DNA of 64,000 nucleotides from the IMG/VR virus record IMGVR_UViG_3300032285_002723, positions 24,645 to 88,644 of that record. The stretch is one strand, 5' to 3'. The position numbers and the translations under genes were made by a program. Below are positions 57,475-64,000 of the stretch, in pieces. This DNA is from a virus. Under the pieces are notes generated by a model. It had not been told where the DNA came from and did no database searches. It saw only the letters and a list, made by a program, of their open reading frames with translations. The first letter of the stretch is position 1; the number at the start of each line of letters is the position of its first letter.

Positions 57475-60294
57475 ATGGCAACTCCACTCAAGATTAAAAG
57501 GTCTGCTGTATCAAATAAAAGACCTACAATTTCAGATTTACAATTAGGGGAGTTAGCCCTAAACACATACGACGGTTATCTATTTGCAAAAAGAGACACT
57601 GGTGGTGTCGGAATAGGTACAACTGTTACACTTCTCACTCCTTGGAGAGAGAATTTTGGCGCACAGTCAATTTATTATATTAATTCAGTAGGAATTGGAA
57701 CCACCAATCCACAAACAAAACTAGAGATTGATGGAGTATTGGGATTTACTCCAAATTCTAATGGATATTCAAACATAAGAATTGGAACCACAGTAACTGG
57801 TTATTCAATAACTAATACTAGTTCTGCAAATAAAAATATTTTTATTGGTGATTTAGCTGGCGGAGCATTATCTACTGGATTGGAAAATGTATTCATAGGA
57901 ATGGGTGCTGGTGCTGGAAATATTAATGGGTCTTATAATGTCTATTTGGGATCTGGTGCTGGTGTATATGCAGATTATCAAGGAAGTAAAAATGTTTATA
58001 TTGGTTACAGTGTAGTATCAAGTGGTATTGGTTCTGAAAATATTGTAATTGGTTACAATAGAAGTCTTCCAACATCAGGTAATAATCAACTTGTAATTGG
58101 TTCTGGAAGTTCTGATTGGATTGTCGGTAATAGTTCTTATAATGTTGGTATTGGAACCATAAATCCAACATCAAAACTTACAGTAACTGGTGATGTATTA
58201 GTTTCTGGTGTTGTTACTGCAACTACATTTATTGGAAATTTAACTGGAACTGCAACAACAGCATCAAGTGTTATAGTAGATTCTGTAGGACTTGGAACTC
58301 ACACATATGGTGATTATGTAAAAAATATTACCGGAACTTCAAATCAAATTAGCGTAAGTGCAACTTCTGGAGAAGGTTCTACACCAACATTAAGTATTCC
58401 AAATCAATTTACTATTCCACAAGATGCAACAGTTACTAGAGATCTTCAAGTTAATCGTAACTTAAATGTAACTGGAAATATTACAATTGGTGGAACATCA
58501 GCATTTATTAATGCCCAAGAACTAAAAATTGCTGACCCAGACATTGTTCTTGGATTTAGAACAGATGGAAGTAATAATGATGTTTCTAATGATACTACAG
58601 CAAATCACGGTGGTATTGCTATTGCATCTACGGAAGGAAATCCGTTAGTTACAATTTACAATCCTGGTATTGGCGAATCTACACTTCCCACATATAAGAA
58701 AATTATGTGGTTTAGGGCAGGCACTTTTACTGGACTTGGAACTGATGCTTGGATAATTAACTATGCTGTTGGTATTGGATCTACTCAATTCCCATCAGGA
58801 ACTCGTCTTGCAGCAGGTAATGTTCAATTCACTCAAAGTGATTTAGCAGTTGTAAGAAATATTAATGCTTCTGGTATTGTAACTGCTGCAGGACAATTCC
58901 AATCCACACAAGCAAACAACACCGCAAATGGTGGAGGACAAATTTACCTGAATGGAGCAACAGGAAATAGAATTGATTTTAACCAAAATGGTGTTGCTGC
59001 CCCTACAACTACAACAAGAAGTGTAGGAACCAAGATCGTCTTATATCCTAATGTTGGTGCTTCTGGTGTTGATTTTGCATTTGGTATTGACGCTAATACT
59101 TTATGGTCTTCTGTTTATGATTATGGAAACCAATTCAAATGGTATGCAGGAACCACAAACATTGCAACTCTCTTTGGAACTGGAGAACTTGTATTAGGAA
59201 CCACATCAAAAACAGGTACTGCATCACAACCACTTCAAGTTACTGGTAGTGCTTATGTTTCTGGTACTCTTGGTTTAGGTGTTGTAAGTCCGACATCAAA
59301 ATTAGTCATCGGTGGATTTGGTGTTAATAATACATTGAGATTTGCTGATGGTGCGTTTATAGGTGATATTGGATATGTTGACAGTTCTGGAAACTTAACA
59401 ATTCAAAATTGGTCTGATATTATATTTAAAACTGGAGATCCAACTAGAACAGAAAAATTAAGAGTTAATAGTTCTGGCAACCTTCTTATAAACACTACAA
59501 CAGAAACAGGAACAGCATCCCAACCACTTCAAGTTAATGGTGGTGCTTATGTTTCTGGCAATCTTGGTTTAGGTGTTGTAAGTCCATCTTATGTTATAGA
59601 TGCTGGTAATGCACTCGCCAATAAATCAATTCGTATTGGTGGTATTATTGGAGGAAATGGTGGCAATTCTTATGGTATCATTGGATATAATGCAAAACCA
59701 AGTGGAGGAAATACTTGGTCTTATGATTATAGTGATAGTGCTTCTTGGATACAATTTTTAGATGGTACTCACATATTCTATCGTGGTGTATCTGGTACTG
59801 CTGGTAATGTCATTACTCCATTAGAATCTGGTAGATTTGATGGTTCTGGAAATCTCCTTATAGGAACCTCATCAGCAACAGGAACAGCAATACAACCACT
59901 ACAAGTATCTGGTGGTGCTTATATAAGTAGAAATACTGGTATAGGAATCACAAATCCAACATCAAAATTACACGTTGTTGGTAATGCTTATATTACTGGT
60001 GTAACAACGTCTACTGATTTTGATTCACTTTCTGATATAAATCTCAAAACAAATATCAATAAAATTCCTGATCCACTTGAGAAGGTAAAGCAAATTCGTG
60101 GAGTTACATTTGATTGGAAAGAAACTCAAAGATCTTCTGCTGGTGTAATTGCACAAGAAATTGAAAAGGTATTACCAGAACTAGTTCACGGTGATGAAAC
60201 AAAGACCGTTAATTATAATGGTCTTATAGGTCTTCTCATTGAGTGCGTCAAGAAACAGCAAGAAGAGATTGATGAATTGAAAAAGAGGTTATAA
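57475..60294 (+). CDS. Tail fibre with a C-terminal intramolecular chaperone (S74-like)
   Basis: IKRS....P..L..GELA.N.YDG N-terminus; GIGTTNP repeats; SD..LK.NI....RGV.F.W...GVIAQE.E..LPE.V...VNY..LI.LL. Confidence 0.82.
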   Translation: MATPLKIKRSAVSNKRPTISDLQLGELALNTYDGYLFAKRDTGGVGIGTTVTLLTPWRENFGAQSIYYINSVGIGTTNPQTKLEIDGVLGFTPNSNGYSNIRIGTTVTGYSITNTSSANKNIFIGDLAGGALSTGLENVFIGMGAGAGNINGSYNVYLGSGAGVYADYQGSKNVYIGYSVVSSGIGSENIVIGYNRSLPTSGNNQLVIGSGSSDWIVGNSSYNVGIGTINPTSKLTVTGDVLVSGVVTATTFIGNLTGTATTASSVIVDSVGLGTHTYGDYVKNITGTSNQISVSATSGEGSTPTLSIPNQFTIPQDATVTRDLQVNRNLNVTGNITIGGTSAFINAQELKIADPDIVLGFRTDGSNNDVSNDTTANHGGIAIASTEGNPLVTIYNPGIGESTLPTYKKIMWFRAGTFTGLGTDAWIINYAVGIGSTQFPSGTRLAAGNVQFTQSDLAVVRNINASGIVTAAGQFQSTQANNTANGGGQIYLNGATGNRIDFNQNGVAAPTTTTRSVGTKIVLYPNVGASGVDFAFGIDANTLWSSVYDYGNQFKWYAGTTNIATLFGTGELVLGTTSKTGTASQPLQVTGSAYVSGTLGLGVVSPTSKLVIGGFGVNNTLRFADGAFIGDIGYVDSSGNLTIQNWSDIIFKTGDPTRTEKLRVNSSGNLLINTTTETGTASQPLQVNGGAYVSGNLGLGVVSPSYVIDAGNALANKSIRIGGIIGGNGGNSYGIIGYNAKPSGGNTWSYDYSDSASWIQFLDGTHIFYRGVSGTAGNVITPLESGRFDGSGNLLIGTSSATGTAIQPLQVSGGAYISRNTGIGITNPTSKLHVVGNAYITGVTTSTDFDSLSDINLKTNINKIPDPLEKVKQIRGVTFDWKETQRSSAGVIAQEIEKVLPELVHGDETKTVNYNGLIGLLIECVKKQQEEIDELKKRL

Positions 60295-60345
60295 TTTTCT
60301 TCGCTAAATAATACAAAATACCCAGTGGAAACACGAAGACGGTAA

Positions 60346-63300
60346 ATGGCAATTAAAATCATAGGATCTACTATTATAGATGATAGTAGAAATATAGTTA
60401 ATGCTGGTATAGCAACTGTAACTTCCGTAAGCATCGGTAATACGGAAGTTGTTAGTTCTTCTAGGCAACTTAAAAACATTGCGTCCCTTGATGCCACAAC
60501 TACTGCAACAATTGAAGCAGCAATTGTAAATGCACCTAATACTTTTACTGATCTTCAGATTACTGGTGTCTCTACATTCACCAACGGACCAGTATTAATT
60601 GGAACTGGAACCTCAACAGGAACTGCAGCACAAAGACTTCAGGTATCTGGTGGTGCTTATGTAAGTGGAAATACTGGTATAGGAACCACAAATCCATTAC
60701 AAAATCTTCACGTTCTTGGAAATCTTTTAGTTGCCGCTGGATCTTCCACAGGACAGCATATTACTCAAAAAGCATATGAACTGAATAGTGGAACATTAAG
60801 TTGGGAAGGTAGCGCAGGTCAGTTATTCTCCATTACTAATAATTTAACATCTGGAAGTATTTTTAGTGTTAATGATGTTTCTGGTATTCCAAGTATTGAT
60901 GTAAATGCTAATGGAACCGTTAGTGTAGTTGCTTATGGTGGTTCTTTGGGTATTGGAACTACAAATCCAACAGCACAATTACAAACCACTGCTGATGTTA
61001 AAATCAATGGACTCACAGTTGGCAAAGGAACTGGAAGTGTAATTAACAACACTACACTTGGTTATCAGGCACTTTTCAGTAATACTACTGGTGCTAACAA
61101 CACTGCTAATGGATATTATGCACTCTTCTCCAACACCACTGGATCTAACAATACTGCTACTGGACGAAGTGCTCTTCAATCCAACACCACTGGAACACAA
61201 AACACTGCTAATGGTTATAAAGCACTAACAGCAAACACTACTGGAAACTATAATACTGCTAATGGATACAAAGCACTCCAAAGCAACACCACTGCATTCT
61301 ACAATACTGCTACTGGAGTAAATTCACTCTTCTCCAACACCACTGGAACTCAAAACACTGCTAATGGATTAAATTCACTCTACTACAACACCACTGGATA
61401 TCAAAATACTGCTATTGGAGTTGCTGCACTTCAATCCAATACCACTGGAAGTGCAAACACTGCTAATGGTTATTATGCACTCTTTTCAAACACCACTGGA
61501 GGATATAATACTGCTAATGGATATAAAGCACTAGTATCCAACACCACTGGAAACGCAAATACCGCTAATGGAAACAGTTCTCTCCGTTTTAATACCACTG
61601 GATCCAGCAATACTGCCAATGGACAAGCTGCCCTCTTATCTAACACCACTGGAGTCTATAACACTGCTACTGGAGTAAATGCACTCTACTCCAACACCAC
61701 TGGAAATGCCAACACTGCTACTGGGCAACAAGCACTTGAATCCAACACCACTGGAAACTACAACACTGCTAATGGATATAAAGCACTAGTATCCAACACC
61801 ACTGGATACAACAATACTGCTACTGGAAGTTATGCACTTCAATATAATACTATTGGATATCAAAATGTTGCTAATGGAACTTATGCACTTTTCGCTAACA
61901 CCACTGGAACCAACAATACTGCTACTGGATACGGGGCACTCAATACCAACACCACTGGAGTAAACAACACTGCTACTGGATACCAAGCACTCCTCTACAA
62001 CACCACTGGAATCAGCAACACTGCTACTGGATTCCAAGCACTCTATTCCAACACCACTGGAAACTACAACACTGCTACTGGATATGGAGCACTTGTCTCC
62101 AACACCACTGGATCTAGCAATACTGCTACTGGATATCAAGCACTCACCTCCAACACCACTGGATCCAACAACACTGCTACTGGATATGGAGCACTTGTCT
62201 CCAACACCACTGGATTCTACAACACTGCTAATGGATACAGAGCACTCTACACCAACACCACTGGATATTATAACACTGCTAATGGGCAAAGTGCCCTCCA
62301 ATCTAACACTACTGGAATCAGCAACACTGCTACTGGACTAAATTCCCTTTACAATAACACCACTGGATCCAACAACACTGCTACTGGATATGCAGCACTC
62401 CAAGCAAACACCACTGGACAAAACAACACTGCTACTGGAAGTGGAGCACTCTTCTTCAACACCACTGGATCTAGCAACACTGCTAATGGAATAAATGCAC
62501 TCTTCTCCAACACCACTGGAGTCAACAATACTGCTAATGGTTATCAATCACTCTATTCCAACACTACTGGATCTAGCAACACTGCTAATGGTTATAAGGC
62601 ATTATACGCTAACACCACTGGAGCACAAAACGTTGCTATAGGACGTGAAGCACTTGCAAATAATACAATAGGAACTAATAATACTTCTACTGGTTATCAA
62701 TCACTTCAAGCAAATACTACTGGAGCATATAATACTGCTACAGGAATGTATGCACTTAAATCAAATACTACTGGATCCAACAATACTGCTGCTGGTTATT
62801 GTGCTCTTCAAACCAACACCACTGGAGTTCAAAACACTGCTAATGGAACAGGTGCTCTTCAATATAATATCACTGGAACCAACAACACTGCTACTGGATA
62901 TAATGCACTCAATTCCAACACTACTGCAAACAACAACACTGCTACTGGATATTCAGCACTTTTATCCAACACCACTGGATCTAGCAACACTGCTAATGGA
63001 TATCAAGCACTCTATTCCAATACCACTGGATCCAGTAACACTGCTACTGGATATGAAGCACTCCGCTCAAATACAACTGGATTCAACAATACTGCTACTG
63101 GGTGGAGAGCACTCCGCTCAAATACCACTGGATACAACAACACTGCTAATGGATATCAAGTACTTCGTTCCAACACCACTGGAAACTACAACACTGCTAA
63201 TGGATTCCAAGCACTTTATTCTAACACCACTGGAACCTCCAACACTGCTAATGGTTATAAAGCACTCTACTCCAACACCACTGGATACAATAACACTGCT

Positions 63301-64000
63301 ACTGGAGTAAATGCACTTATATACAACACCATTGGATATAATAATACTGCTACTGGATTAAATGCACTTCAAGCAAACACTTCTGGCAATTTTAATACTG
63401 CTAATGGATTAAATGCACTCTACGCCAACACCACTGGATCCAACAACACTGCTAATGGATACAGAGCACTTGTCTTTAATGTCACTGGATACAACAACAT
63501 TGCTACTGGAGCAAGCGCACTTGAATCTAACACCATTGGAATCCAAAACACTGCTACTGGATCAGAAGCACTCTACTCCAACACTACTGGATCTAGCAAC
63601 ACCGCCAATGGATTCAGATCACTCGGTGCTAACACCATCGGAAGCAACAACACTGCTACTGGTTATTACGCACTTCTCTACAACACCACTGGAATCTACA
63701 ACACTGCTACTGGAGCAAGTGCCCTTCAAAACAACACCACTGCAAGTGGAAACACTGCTATTGGTCAGCAAGCACTCACATCCAACACCACTGGATACAG
63801 TAATACTGCTAATGGTTATAGAGCACTCCAAGCAAACACTACTGGATCCTTCAATACTGCTACTGGAGTAAAATCACTCTTCTCCAACACTACTGGAATC
63901 CACAACACTGCTAATGGATATCTAGCACTTTTCTCCAATACCACTGGAATCAACAACATTGCTAATGGTTATAAAGCACTCTACTCCAACACCACTGGAA
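60346..64000 (+). CDS. Tail fibre/adhesin with at least 57 tandem 17-aa repeats, 3'-truncated by the window edge (absent from the ORF track)
   Basis: MAIKIIGSTIIDDSRN...; the frame stays in register through NTTGxxNTA(N/T)GxxALxx repeats to the end of the window. Confidence 0.85.
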   Translation, partial: MAIKIIGSTIIDDSRNIVNAGIATVTSVSIGNTEVVSSSRQLKNIASLDATTTATIEAAIVNAPNTFTDLQITGVSTFTNGPVLIGTGTSTGTAAQRLQVSGGAYVSGNTGIGTTNPLQNLHVLGNLLVAAGSSTGQHITQKAYELNSGTLSWEGSAGQLFSITNNLTSGSIFSVNDVSGIPSIDVNANGTVSVVAYGGSLGIGTTNPTAQLQTTADVKINGLTVGKGTGSVINNTTLGYQALFSNTTGANNTANGYYALFSNTTGSNNTATGRSALQSNTTGTQNTANGYKALTANTTGNYNTANGYKALQSNTTAFYNTATGVNSLFSNTTGTQNTANGLNSLYYNTTGYQNTAIGVAALQSNTTGSANTANGYYALFSNTTGGYNTANGYKALVSNTTGNANTANGNSSLRFNTTGSSNTANGQAALLSNTTGVYNTATGVNALYSNTTGNANTATGQQALESNTTGNYNTANGYKALVSNTTGYNNTATGSYALQYNTIGYQNVANGTYALFANTTGTNNTATGYGALNTNTTGVNNTATGYQALLYNTTGISNTATGFQALYSNTTGNYNTATGYGALVSNTTGSSNTATGYQALTSNTTGSNNTATGYGALVSNTTGFYNTANGYRALYTNTTGYYNTANGQSALQSNTTGISNTATGLNSLYNNTTGSNNTATGYAALQANTTGQNNTATGSGALFFNTTGSSNTANGINALFSNTTGVNNTANGYQSLYSNTTGSSNTANGYKALYANTTGAQNVAIGREALANNTIGTNNTSTGYQSLQANTTGAYNTATGMYALKSNTTGSNNTAAGYCALQTNTTGVQNTANGTGALQYNITGTNNTATGYNALNSNTTANNNTATGYSALLSNTTGSSNTANGYQALYSNTTGSSNTATGYEALRSNTTGFNNTATGWRALRSNTTGYNNTANGYQVLRSNTTGNYNTANGFQALYSNTTGTSNTANGYKALYSNTTGYNNTATGVNALIYNTIGYNNTATGLNALQANTSGNFNTANGLNALYANTTGSNNTANGYRALVFNVTGYNNIATGASALESNTIGIQNTATGSEALYSNTTGSSNTANGFRSLGANTIGSNNTATGYYALLYNTTGIYNTATGASALQNNTTASGNTAIGQQALTSNTTGYSNTANGYRALQANTTGSFNTATGVKSLFSNTTGIHNTANGYLALFSNTTGINNIANGYKALYSNTTG
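61081..64000 (+). repeat. 51-bp tandem coding repeat array
   Basis: First NTTG unit at 61081 and last at 63988: 2907 nt = exactly 57 x 51. Confidence 0.92.

Noticed and set aside
60979-63871. ORF-track entries on other frames or strands within the repeat array
   Set aside because: Shadow ORFs of the real gene starting at 60346
61081-64000. CRISPR-like array or DGR template (AAC-rich repeats)
   Set aside because: The period is 51 nt in one open frame, with only 6-nt variable slots; no cas or reverse transcriptase gene and no TR/VR pair with A-specific differences was seen

Overview
AT-rich 64-kb segment of a T4-like (Kyanoviridae-type) cyanomyovirus, probably from freshwater. Order of modules: (1) host-surface and auxiliary genes (three glycosyltransferases, an SLH/beta-barrel porin-like protein, two hli genes, a C39 peptidase and a GH24 lysozyme); (2) psbA split by a 202-nt ORF-less group I intron and followed by an EndoVII-type (F-CphI-like) homing endonuclease, set within a cluster of four LamG-like paralogs; (3) HNH nuclease, speD, glutaredoxin, thyX, phoH, exonuclease, gp33, an inserted GIY-YIG-like nuclease, gp59 and gp32; (4) tail/baseplate module (gp53, gp48, gp2, gp4, gp54-like, gp26, gp51, two tape-measure-like hydrolases, gp27-like, CP12, gp5); (5) tRNA-Leu(UAA); (6) very large virion/fibre genes, including an LRR protein, a PA14 protein and a fibre with at least 57 perfectly phased 17-aa repeats that runs off the window. 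The most interesting unannotated signals are: a small structured RNA upstream of the GIY-YIG-like nuclease whose loop is antisense to that nuclease's own late-mRNA leader; a T TTT TTC -1 slippery site that would fuse gp26 to gp51 just upstream of the tape-measure-like genes; a copy of the psbA intron-insertion site in the homing endonuclease's own leader; an HLR1 (RpaB)-like site at the hli promoter; and a 9-nt-periodic gene 32 leader. All calls come from reading motifs by eye; no searches or folding were run.
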